Shown here piece after piece: positions 39,566 to 48,471 of a stretch of 64,000 bases of DNA. The position numbers and the translations under genes are program-made. Within the stretch, counting starts at the first letter, position 1. Each line of letters begins with the position of its first letter. The notes under the pieces were generated by a model that made no database searches, had not been told where the DNA came from, and was given only the letters and a program-made list of their open reading frames with translations. This DNA is from a bacterium (GTDB lineage Bacteria; Zhuqueibacterota; Zhuqueibacteria; Residuimicrobiales; Krinioviventaceae). The stretch lies in contig CAXXMD010000003.1 of assembly GCA_963675755.2 (NCBI GenBank), forward strand, positions 3,232,001 to 3,296,000, written 5' to 3'.

Positions 39566-41107
39566 ATGCATAGACGCTCGTTTTTAAAATCATTATCAAC
39601 TGCGATGGGTACTGCCTTGGCAGGCGGATTTTTAAACTGCCAGCGCGCTCAAGCCCAACCCAATATTGTATTTATTTTGGCAGATGATCTGGGATATGGT
39701 GAACTGGGATGCTATGGTCAGGAAAAGATTGAAACTCCCAATATCGATAACCTGGCAACAACCGGGATGCGCTTTACACAATTTTATTCAGGAGCCCCGG
39801 TATGTGCCCCGGCACGATGTGTATTGCTTACCGGTAAACACAGCGGTCACGCTTATATCCGCGGTAATGATGAATGGGCGTCTCGCGGGGATGTATGGGA
39901 TTATGCCAAGATGGTCGAAGACCCCAATCTGGAAGGACAGCGACCTTTACCTCAGGATACAGTCACAATCGGAAAGCTGTTACAATCTGCGGGATATAAA
40001 ACTGCGGTTGTAGGCAAGTGGGGACTGGGCGCACCCAATACTGTAGGCATTCCCAATAAACAGGGATTCGATTTCTTTTATGGATATAATTGTCAGAGAC
40101 AAGCGCATATCTATTATCCAAAACATCTGTGGAAGAATACTGAAAAACACTGGCTGAATAATGAACTGGTTATACCCAACACCAAGCTTGATAAAGATGC
40201 GGATCCTTTAGATCCTGCCAGTTATAAAAAGTTTAGTCAAAAAGACTATGCTCCGGATTATATGTTTCAAGAGATCCTCAGTTTTGTGGATGAAAATAAG
40301 AATACACCATTTTTTCTGTACTGGGCAACCCCCATTCCACATGTGTCATTGCAGGCCCCACAGAGTTGGGTGAAAAAGTATGTGGAAAAGTTTGGTGATG
40401 AAGAACCATACCTTGGAGATATGGGCTATTTGCCGCATCGGTATCCCCATGCTGCTTACGCGGCTATGGTTTCCTATCTGGATTGCCAGGTAGGTCAATT
40501 GATTAAAAGATTGAAATCATTGGGCATATATGAAAATACATTGATTATTTTTACATCTGATAACGGTCCAACCTATGCGGGTGGAGCGGATTCGGAATAT
40601 TTCAATAGTGCATCTCCATTTCCAAATAAAAGGGAGCGCATCAAAGGCAATGTCTATGAAGGAGGGGTCCGAGTACCCATGATTGCATCCTGGCCACGCA
40701 GGATTCAGACGGGTACAGAATCGGACCACATGGCAGCGTTTTATGATGTGCTCCCGACTTTATGTGAGGTGAGCGGAACAGCAGTTCCAAATGATACGGA
40801 TGGAATCAGCTTTTTACCGGAACTGCTGGGTAATGAGCAAAAGTCTCACGAGTTTTTGTATTGGGAGTTTCCTGCTTATGGCGGTCAGCAGGCAGTCAGA
40901 ATGGGAGAATGGAAAGGTATTAGACGTGATCTGCAAAAAGGAGCGTCTGCTATTGCATTGTACAACCTGACCGATGATATTAAAGAAGAACATAATATTG
41001 CTGAGAATTATCCCGATATTATAAAAAAGATAAAAACAATTATGGAAAAAGAACATACCATACCGGAAATCGAAAGGTTTAAAATCAAGGGGCTTGGAGA
41101 TCATTAA
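39566..41107 (+). CDS. Tat-exported Cys-type arylsulfatase
   Basis: HRRSFLK; ADDLGYGE, CAPAR..LLTG, GKWGLG, SDNG, YEGGVRVP. Confidence 0.93.
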   Translation: MHRRSFLKSLSTAMGTALAGGFLNCQRAQAQPNIVFILADDLGYGELGCYGQEKIETPNIDNLATTGMRFTQFYSGAPVCAPARCVLLTGKHSGHAYIRGNDEWASRGDVWDYAKMVEDPNLEGQRPLPQDTVTIGKLLQSAGYKTAVVGKWGLGAPNTVGIPNKQGFDFFYGYNCQRQAHIYYPKHLWKNTEKHWLNNELVIPNTKLDKDADPLDPASYKKFSQKDYAPDYMFQEILSFVDENKNTPFFLYWATPIPHVSLQAPQSWVKKYVEKFGDEEPYLGDMGYLPHRYPHAAYAAMVSYLDCQVGQLIKRLKSLGIYENTLIIFTSDNGPTYAGGADSEYFNSASPFPNKRERIKGNVYEGGVRVPMIASWPRRIQTGTESDHMAAFYDVLPTLCEVSGTAVPNDTDGISFLPELLGNEQKSHEFLYWEFPAYGGQQAVRMGEWKGIRRDLQKGASAIALYNLTDDIKEEHNIAENYPDIIKKIKTIMEKEHTIPEIERFKIKGLGDH

Positions 41108-42595
41108 ATGATTAAAAACTTTTTTATCTTCCTGGAGATTTTTATAATTGGATTGACCCAATTGTTAATTGCAGAGGGAATTGGTGTAAATAAATTTGAT
41201 GAAAAACATACGAGCGACTGTTATCGGCTGGTAAGCAGTCGTAATCTCGAAACTGCACATCTTTTATCTCCTAATGGTCGCTATGTTCACAGTTGGACTT
41301 TTTCCCACACCGACGAACAAACCAGTGATTTCAGCGGATTTGGTATGACCTGGCATTATGCTGAAATGCTTCCCAATGGCAATCTGGTAGCAATAATTAA
41401 AGATGAAATGATCATTGAACTCGACTGGAACAGCAAACTTGTCTGGAAAGCCAAACTTCGTGCCCATCATGATTTTGCAAGAACTGAAAATGGGAATACC
41501 ATTGTTGTTTCACGTCGGGATGTTGAAAATCCATGGAATCCGGCAGAACAACTTGCCATAGACGAGCTTGTTGAATTTGATAAAAATGGCGATATTGTTT
41601 GGACCTGGCAATATGATAAACACCTTGATGAAATTGCATCATTAGCTGAGCAACCGGTACCTCCGCATAAAACTTTTCGGGACTGGCCTCACATCAATAC
41701 CTGTGAGATACTGCCTGAAAATCCAATTGCTGTAAAGGATAGCCGTTTCAGTGCAGGTAATTTGTTAATGTGCGGCAGGCATGCCAATACCATATTTATT
41801 GTAGACAGATCCACCAGCAAAGTTGTATGGGCCTGGGGACCCGGAGAACTAGAAGGTCCGCATATGCCCACGATGTTGAAAAACGGCAATATTCTTATCT
41901 ATGATAACGGCCATCATATAGATGAAACATCGCGCAAGTACACCCGGGTAGTAGAATTAGATCCATTAAAAAAGAAAATTGTTTGGGAATATACATCAGA
42001 TCCAAAAACTGATTTTTTCTCTCCGTCTCGAGGATCAGCAAATCGACTTGAAAACGGAAATACCCTGATCGCAGAATCGGATAGCGGACATTTGTTCGAA
42101 ATCAATCCCAAAGGTAATATAGTATGGGAATACTGGAACATGGATTATAATGATAATGGCACACGTGTGTCATTATACCGAACAGTTCCTTATGATAAAA
42201 AGCTGGTAGATGGGCTCCTGGATAAATATGGTGCAGTTAAAGATGTAGTACCTGCGGAAAAAGAACCTCTGGTTTATAAACGAGATTTTGGTTCGGCTGC
42301 CCAATACAAACAAAAGATGCAAGACGTAGTGGCTTGTGTGGAAATGGGGTGGTATGATCTTGGACTGGAATTTCTTGAGAAATTCATGAAAGCTTTTCCC
42401 AATGATCCGGAAGGATTTTACACCTATTCACTAATCTATTCTGCCAGGAATAATCCCAAAACAGCATTCGATTATATGAACAAGGCACTGGATGCCGGTT
42501 TAGCATTGGACCGTTTTACCAGCGATTCTGAATTATTAAAGTCATTACATGACTATATACCATATAAAAAAAAGATGGGTGTCCCTGAAAAGTAA
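41108..42595 (+). CDS. Arylsulfotransferase (ASST)-family beta-propeller protein with C-terminal TPR-like region
   Basis: AHHDF, DWPHIN, GPHMP, IYDNG, RLENGNTLI..S..G..FEI...G.IVWEY; N-terminal hydrophobic segment. Confidence 0.8.
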   Translation: MIKNFFIFLEIFIIGLTQLLIAEGIGVNKFDEKHTSDCYRLVSSRNLETAHLLSPNGRYVHSWTFSHTDEQTSDFSGFGMTWHYAEMLPNGNLVAIIKDEMIIELDWNSKLVWKAKLRAHHDFARTENGNTIVVSRRDVENPWNPAEQLAIDELVEFDKNGDIVWTWQYDKHLDEIASLAEQPVPPHKTFRDWPHINTCEILPENPIAVKDSRFSAGNLLMCGRHANTIFIVDRSTSKVVWAWGPGELEGPHMPTMLKNGNILIYDNGHHIDETSRKYTRVVELDPLKKKIVWEYTSDPKTDFFSPSRGSANRLENGNTLIAESDSGHLFEINPKGNIVWEYWNMDYNDNGTRVSLYRTVPYDKKLVDGLLDKYGAVKDVVPAEKEPLVYKRDFGSAAQYKQKMQDVVACVEMGWYDLGLEFLEKFMKAFPNDPEGFYTYSLIYSARNNPKTAFDYMNKALDAGLALDRFTSDSELLKSLHDYIPYKKKMGVPEK

Positions 42596-42681
42596 ATTTT
42601 AACATGTATTTTAAATTATTTTTTTGTATACTAGAATTGATATAAACTATGAGAAGTAATTGTCAATAAAAAGGAATTGTT

Positions 42682-43929
42682 ATGCAAATTGGAAAATATT
42701 CATTTGGAGTTGGTGACCGTTTTGGCCACCAGGGAAAAGCACAACTGGCAGCATTTGTTGAAGCTAAAAAACTGGGAGTAGAAATTTCACCGGTTTGGAA
42801 TAAATCATATCGTGAACATTCAACCATTCATACGAATCCCCAGGATACACGTGTTGAAGCAGATGAAGCTGTAAAAAGCTTAAACTGGGACGCTCCCTAT
42901 TATGTAGATGCCGATCATATTAATATGAACAATGTAGATGGTTTTATTGCTTTTAGTGATTTTTTTACTTTGGATGTAGCTGACTATATTGGTAAAAAAG
43001 CAGAAGATGATGCAATTCAGGCTTTTTACAAAAATAATGAAAAATATTTGGGCGCATTGAGCATTCCCGGTATTGATGAAACATTTGAGATCACCCAGGA
43101 ACAATTGATGGGAATTGGTGAAAAATATTTGTTTGCAGTACAGGAAGCCGGCCGAATTTATCGTCATATCCTGGAAACCAAAGGTAAAGATAATATGGTT
43201 ATTGAAGTTTCCATGGATGAAACCGACGAACCCCAGACTCCCGTTGAAATGTTTTTTATCCTTTCTGCCATTGCTGCAGAAGGTATTCCTGCACAGACTG
43301 TTGCACCCAAGTTTACGGGTCGTTTTAATAAAGGTGTGGATTATGTAGGAAACCTGGAACAGTTTACCAAAGAATTTGAACAGGACCTTGCTGTCGTTAG
43401 TTTTGCAGTTAAAGAATTTGGTATGCAGGAAAACTTGAAATTGAGCGTTCACTCGGGAAGTGACAAGTTTTCAATTTATGAACCTATCCGCAAAGCTCTC
43501 CGTAAATTTGATGCAGGACTGCACCTCAAAACCGCAGGCACAACCTGGTTGGAAGAATTGATTGGTCTGGCAATGGCGGGTGGTGAAGGTTTGGAACTTG
43601 CCAAAGATGTATACAGAGTTGCTTATGATCGTTTTGATGAATTGTGCAAACCTTATGCTACTGTAATTGATATTGATGTAGAGAAACTTCCTGCTCCTTC
43701 AGAAGTAGATGAATGGGATGGAGATATGTATTCGGAATCACTGCGTCATGATCAGAGTAATCCCCGTTATAATTTGCATTTCAGACAATTGCTGCATGTG
43801 GGTTACAAAGTAGCCGCAGAAAAAGGTGACGAGTATCTGGGTGCGTTAAAGAAATTCAGTGATATTGTTGCCAGGAACGTAACCGAGAATATTCTCGAAC
43901 GTCATGTTAAACCCCTGTTTCTTGATTGA
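42682..43929 (+). CDS. uxaE: Tagaturonate/fructuronate epimerase
   Basis: SFGVGDRF, SYRE, DADH, EVSMDET, APKFTGRFNKGVDY, KLSVHSGSDKFS, HLKTAGTTWLE. Confidence 0.9.
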   Translation: MQIGKYSFGVGDRFGHQGKAQLAAFVEAKKLGVEISPVWNKSYREHSTIHTNPQDTRVEADEAVKSLNWDAPYYVDADHINMNNVDGFIAFSDFFTLDVADYIGKKAEDDAIQAFYKNNEKYLGALSIPGIDETFEITQEQLMGIGEKYLFAVQEAGRIYRHILETKGKDNMVIEVSMDETDEPQTPVEMFFILSAIAAEGIPAQTVAPKFTGRFNKGVDYVGNLEQFTKEFEQDLAVVSFAVKEFGMQENLKLSVHSGSDKFSIYEPIRKALRKFDAGLHLKTAGTTWLEELIGLAMAGGEGLELAKDVYRVAYDRFDELCKPYATVIDIDVEKLPAPSEVDEWDGDMYSESLRHDQSNPRYNLHFRQLLHVGYKVAAEKGDEYLGALKKFSDIVARNVTENILERHVKPLFLD

Positions 43930-43949
43930 TATATTTTTGAGGTAAGAAT

Positions 43950-44984
43950 TTGAAATGCGCACAATTTCCGGGGGTGCGAAATATAGAACTAACTGACGTT
44001 GAACAACCCATCATTAAAAATGATGACGATGTTTTGATACGAGTGGGCTCAGTTGGAGTTTGTGGTTCGGACATCCACTATTATGTGGATGGCCGGATCG
44101 GTGATCAGATTATTGATTTTCCTTATGTTCCGGGTCACGAGTGTTCCGGAACTGTTGTGAAAACAGGAAAAAAAGTCAAACATATTAAACCAGGTGACAA
44201 GATTGCAGTTGAACCTGCGATCTCTTGTGGTAAATGCGATCAATGTCTGGCTGGACGTGAAAATACATGTCGCGAATTGAAATTTCTGGGGACTCCCGGA
44301 GAGTTGCGCGGCTGTATGACCGAATACCTTATCATGCCAGAACGGAACTGTTTTCTTTTACCTGCCGGTATGACCCTTGAACAGGGTGCTTTTGCTGAAC
44401 CCTTGTCTATATCCATTTATGGATTAAAGTATGTTCAGGAAATGACCGGTAAAAAGATGGCTATTCTTGGATCGGGTCCTATAGGCTTAACCGCTTTACT
44501 GGAAGCGCGTTTTAGAGGTGCTGAAACCCTGTATGTAACGGACAAGCTGGATAATAGACTGCTCACCGCTAAAAAGTGTGGGGCAGACTGGATCGGTAAT
44601 CCCGATGATGAAGATATTGTACAGGCCATCCTGGAAAAAGAACCTCTGGGACTGGATGTAGTTGCCGAGTGTTGTGGAAAGCAGGAAGCAATTGACCAGG
44701 CTGTAGAGTTGTTAAAGCCGGGAGGTATGCTGCTTTTAATCGGGATACCTACAGTCGATCGTATTTCTTTTAATATCAGCAGACTGCGCAGAAAAGAAAT
44801 AACCATACACAATGTACGCAGACAGAATGACTGTTTGGGATTGGCCGTTGAGCGAATTTACAAGGGACAGGTAAAAATTGATTCCTTGATTACACATTCA
44901 GGACATTTGTCTCAAACAAAAGAATTTTATGATATGGTTGCTGATTACCAGGATGGTGTAATCAAGGCCATGATTACTATATAA
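43950..44984 (+). CDS. Zn-dependent (MDR) sugar/sugar-acid dehydrogenase
   Basis: GVCGSD, GHE, structural Zn C..C..C.......C, GSGPIG. Confidence 0.9.
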   Translation: MKCAQFPGVRNIELTDVEQPIIKNDDDVLIRVGSVGVCGSDIHYYVDGRIGDQIIDFPYVPGHECSGTVVKTGKKVKHIKPGDKIAVEPAISCGKCDQCLAGRENTCRELKFLGTPGELRGCMTEYLIMPERNCFLLPAGMTLEQGAFAEPLSISIYGLKYVQEMTGKKMAILGSGPIGLTALLEARFRGAETLYVTDKLDNRLLTAKKCGADWIGNPDDEDIVQAILEKEPLGLDVVAECCGKQEAIDQAVELLKPGGMLLLIGIPTVDRISFNISRLRRKEITIHNVRRQNDCLGLAVERIYKGQVKIDSLITHSGHLSQTKEFYDMVADYQDGVIKAMITI

Positions 44985-44991
44985 GTTTATT

Positions 44992-45029
44992 TTCCCAATA
45001 ATTGTTTTTTGATTATTGGGAATTTTTTT
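44992..45029 (+). terminator. Terminator hairpin
   Basis: TTCCCAATAAT...ATTATTGGGAA stem followed by a T tract. Confidence 0.65.
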
Positions 45030-45039
45030 ATATTTTTAC

Positions 45040-45063
45040 TTACTCGAGTAATTGATCGGGTAA
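45040..45063 (+). promoter_or_regulatory. Tandem LacI-type operators
   Basis: Perfect palindrome TTACTCGAGTAA (45040-45051) abutting the degenerate copy TTGATCGGGTAA (45052-45063). Confidence 0.7.
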
Positions 45064-45082
45064 TTAGCAGTAAGGATGATGT

Positions 45083-46123
45083 ATGCAGTACAACTCTCTC
45101 GGTAATTCCGGGATATCTATACCACCCATTATTTTTGGTACCAGTTGTCTTGGGAATTTGTACCAGGCACTGAGTTATGAAACCAAATTCAAGATCATAA
45201 ATGCTATTTACGAGCAGATGGATGGTACATTGGTGCTGGATAGTGCCGGTAAATATGGTGCGGGCTTGGCACTTGAAGTCATTGGGCAGGGATTGGATGA
45301 TCTCAACATAACGGATAAAGCAATTATCAGCAATAAACTGGGTTGGATCCGTACACCGTTAAAAATACCCGAGCCTACATTTGAACCGGGTGCCTGGATT
45401 GGCCTGGAAAATGATGCTGAGCAAAAAATTAGTTATGATGGTATATTAGAATGCTGGGAGCAGGGTTGTGAATTGCTGGGTGGCAGACAACCGCAGATCG
45501 TTTCAGTACACGATCCAGATGAATATTTAGCCCCGGCAAAGAATGAAAAAGAACGAATAGACCGATTCAATGATATTTTGCAAGCCTACCGAGGTCTTGA
45601 AGAATTGCGCAAAGAAGGTAAAACCTCCGCAGTGGGTGTAGGCGCAAAAGACTGGCATGTAATACGTGATATAGTGGAACAAGTGGATCTGGATTGGGTC
45701 ATGCTGGCTGTGAGTTTTACCATATATACCCATCCACAAGAGATGCTCAATTTTCTGGATGAACTGCAAAAACGCAATATTGCGGTAATCAATTCAGCGG
45801 TATTTCATGCCGGATTCCTGACCGGTGGTAAATACTTTGATTATCAGATATTGAATGAGCAAATCCCGGAACATAAACATTATTTTGAATGGCGGGAGCG
45901 GTTTTTCTCTCTTTGTAAAGAATATCATGTACTGCCTGCTGATGTGTGTGTGCAGTTTGGAATGTCTCATCCCGCCGTTGTGAGTATTGCCTTAAATACC
46001 AGCAAACCGGAGCGAGTGGAACAGAATATTCGTTCGGTTTCAGCAGAAATTCCCAATTCGTTTTGGGCAGCAATGAAAGAAAATGGTTTGATTGATAAAG
46101 CATATCCCTATTTAGCCAATTGA
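45083..46123 (+). CDS. Aldo/keto reductase, L-galactose/L-fucose 1-dehydrogenase type
   Basis: FGTSCLGNLY, DSAGKYGAGLA, ISNKLG, VHDPDE, VFHAGFL; adjacent to lactonase, mutarotase and FucP genes. Confidence 0.8.
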   Translation: MQYNSLGNSGISIPPIIFGTSCLGNLYQALSYETKFKIINAIYEQMDGTLVLDSAGKYGAGLALEVIGQGLDDLNITDKAIISNKLGWIRTPLKIPEPTFEPGAWIGLENDAEQKISYDGILECWEQGCELLGGRQPQIVSVHDPDEYLAPAKNEKERIDRFNDILQAYRGLEELRKEGKTSAVGVGAKDWHVIRDIVEQVDLDWVMLAVSFTIYTHPQEMLNFLDELQKRNIAVINSAVFHAGFLTGGKYFDYQILNEQIPEHKHYFEWRERFFSLCKEYHVLPADVCVQFGMSHPAVVSIALNTSKPERVEQNIRSVSAEIPNSFWAAMKENGLIDKAYPYLAN

Positions 46124-46128
46124 GATGA

Positions 46129-46965
46129 ATGATGAAGATACTTGATTCACACCAACATTTTTGGAAATACTCTCTATCGGAATATGGCTGGATTGATGAC
46201 AGCATGCAGGTGTTGAAACGCGATTTTTTGCCGCAAGACCTTGCCGCTGTTTATGCAGAAAATAATGTACATGGATGTATCGCCGTACAGGCAAGACAAA
46301 CACTTGAAGAAACCCAATGGTTGTTGGAGCTTGCTGAAAAGAATCCTTTTATTTTGGGTGTTGTTGGCTGGGTTGATCTTGTCAGCGAAAATGTTGATGA
46401 ACAATTGGAATCCTTTGCAGAATCAAAAAGTGCTGTTGGAGTTCGGCATGTTTTGCAGGACGAACCGGATGACCGGTTCATGCTGCAAGATGATTTTCTA
46501 CGTGGTATCAGCCTGATCGAAAAATACGGGTTGGTGTATGATATACTGGTTTTTCCCCGTCATTTACCATTTGCCTGTGAGTTGGTCAAACAGTTTCCTG
46601 AACAACAATTTGTGCTGGATCATATTGCTAAACCATTGATCAAAGACGGAATATTAGAGCCCTGGGCTGAGAATATTCAAAAGCTTGCGCAATATTCCAA
46701 TGTATCGTGCAAAGTTTCCGGAATGGTTACCGAAGCCGATTGGCATAATTGGACAGTTCAGGATTTTGAACCGTATATGGATGTTGTGTTTAAGGCGTTT
46801 GGTCCGGACCGAATTTTGTTTGGCTCGGATTGGCCGGTTTGTACAGTAGCCGGAAAGTATAAAGATATTTTGAATATAATTAAATCGTATTGTAATCCGT
46901 TGAATGTCTCGGAGCAGATCAAAGTCTTTGCTGGCAATGCGGAAAGAATATATAGAATAAAGTAA
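46129..46965 (+). CDS. Amidohydrolase-family L-fucono/L-galactono-1,5-lactonase
   Basis: DSHQHFW, VQAR, GVRHVLQ, LDHIAKP, CKVSG, FGSDWPVC. Confidence 0.88.
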   Translation: MMKILDSHQHFWKYSLSEYGWIDDSMQVLKRDFLPQDLAAVYAENNVHGCIAVQARQTLEETQWLLELAEKNPFILGVVGWVDLVSENVDEQLESFAESKSAVGVRHVLQDEPDDRFMLQDDFLRGISLIEKYGLVYDILVFPRHLPFACELVKQFPEQQFVLDHIAKPLIKDGILEPWAENIQKLAQYSNVSCKVSGMVTEADWHNWTVQDFEPYMDVVFKAFGPDRILFGSDWPVCTVAGKYKDILNIIKSYCNPLNVSEQIKVFAGNAERIYRIK

Positions 46966-46977
46966 CAGGAGAATATA

Positions 46978-48033
46978 ATGTCAAATAGTATGAAAGCAGC
47001 GGTTTTAACCGAATATAAAAATATAGAATGGAAAACCATACCCGTGCCGGAGATCAGTGATGAAGAAGTGTTGATCCATGTAAGTTATGGCGGTATCTGC
47101 GGAAGTGACCAGCACATCTTTTTAGGCGAATTTGCACCGCGTACATCCACACCTCTTGTTCAGGGCCATGAATTTGGTGGAACTGTAACCAAGGTGGGAG
47201 ATAAAGTAACCGGATTCAGGGAAGGAGACCGTGTTGTAGTTGACCCCATTATTCCATGTGGGGAATGCGGTGCGTGTAAGGTTAAGCATTATCCCGCCTG
47301 TACCACATTAAAGCTGGTTGGAGTAGATCTTGATGGCGGCTTTGCTGAATATGTCAAAGTACATGAAAGCATGGTCTACAAGATTTCTGATAAAATATCA
47401 GACCGACATTCGGCACTGGTTGAACTTTTTTCAATTGGTTTTCATGCCAGCAATCGTTCCGGCATTCAGGCGGGACAGTCGGCATTGATCTGGGGTGGTG
47501 GACGTGTAGGTCAATGCATTATGCAGGCCGCACGTACAATAACCGACAAGCCCCTCTTTGTGGTTGATGTATTAGACAAGCGTCTGGAAATTACCAAATC
47601 AACCTGTAAAGATATTACAGTCATTAATCCCCTCAAGGAGAATCCTGTTGATGTGGTTATGGAAGCTACAGGCGGTATGGGTGTAGATGTCGCCTTTGAA
47701 GCAGTAGGACATGGAAAGCATCTGGAGAATGTGCCGGATCCGGTTTTGGGATGTGTAAAGTCCATTCGAGGTGGCGGAACCATCTGTGTATTGGGATTGT
47801 CAGATGAACCGGTACCCCTGGTGATGAAACATATTATCTGGAAAGAAGCAAAGCTTATAGCTTCCCGCGTAAGCCACGGTGAGTTTAAAGAAGCCATTGA
47901 ACATATGGACAAAGGTGATCTGAATCCTGAAGCATTGATCTCTGCAGAATTTGGCGGTGATCAGGCACAACATGCTTTTGAAGTCCTTGCCAAAGAACCG
48001 CAAAATTATCTCAAAGTGTTGTTAAAGTTTTAA
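46978..48033 (+). CDS. Zn-dependent dehydrogenase (candidate L-galactonate 5-dehydrogenase)
   Basis: GICGSD, GHEF, C..C..C, GGGRVG; lies in an operon with the AKR and lactonase genes. Confidence 0.8.
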   Translation: MSNSMKAAVLTEYKNIEWKTIPVPEISDEEVLIHVSYGGICGSDQHIFLGEFAPRTSTPLVQGHEFGGTVTKVGDKVTGFREGDRVVVDPIIPCGECGACKVKHYPACTTLKLVGVDLDGGFAEYVKVHESMVYKISDKISDRHSALVELFSIGFHASNRSGIQAGQSALIWGGGRVGQCIMQAARTITDKPLFVVDVLDKRLEITKSTCKDITVINPLKENPVDVVMEATGGMGVDVAFEAVGHGKHLENVPDPVLGCVKSIRGGGTICVLGLSDEPVPLVMKHIIWKEAKLIASRVSHGEFKEAIEHMDKGDLNPEALISAEFGGDQAQHAFEVLAKEPQNYLKVLLKF

Positions 48034-48046
48034 TATCAGGAAATCT

Positions 48047-48448
48047 ATGATAAAAACATTCAAACGCTATTGTAAGACGTTAGAACTGGTTGATGATTCT
48101 CAATTAATTAAAGAATACAAGAAACGTCATGCAATGGGTGAAGCCTGGCCGCAAGTAACAGAAGGTATGAAATCTGTAGGTATTCTGGATATGGAGATTT
48201 ATATTAATGGAACAACTCTGTTTATGATTATGGATACCAAAGTAGATTTCGATCACGATGCCGCTATGGAAACCCTTGCTGGTTTACCCGGACAGGCAGA
48301 ATGGGAAGCATATATGTCTGATTTTCAAAAGACAGTCAAAGGTTCTTCGGCAAAAGAAAAGTGGAAGTTGATGGAACGCATCTATAAAATGGACCAGGAT
48401 GCAGAGTATAAAGCAGCAGACGGACAAGTGGAGATTTTTAATATTTAA
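48047..48448 (+). CDS. L-rhamnose/L-fucose mutarotase (RhaM family)
   Basis: EYKKRH...WP, GILDMEIY, LFMI, EWEAYM..FQ, W..ME.IY. Confidence 0.85.
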   Translation: MIKTFKRYCKTLELVDDSQLIKEYKKRHAMGEAWPQVTEGMKSVGILDMEIYINGTTLFMIMDTKVDFDHDAAMETLAGLPGQAEWEAYMSDFQKTVKGSSAKEKWKLMERIYKMDQDAEYKAADGQVEIFNI

Positions 48449-48471
48449 TACTGTATTGAAAGGGTAAAGAG

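Noticed and set aside
42880-43452. 190-aa minus-strand ORF (similar cases at 50106-50690, 60579-61121, 35378-35902, 17060-17512)
   Set aside because: These are antisense shadows fully inside well-supported + strand genes, with no motifs or RBS.
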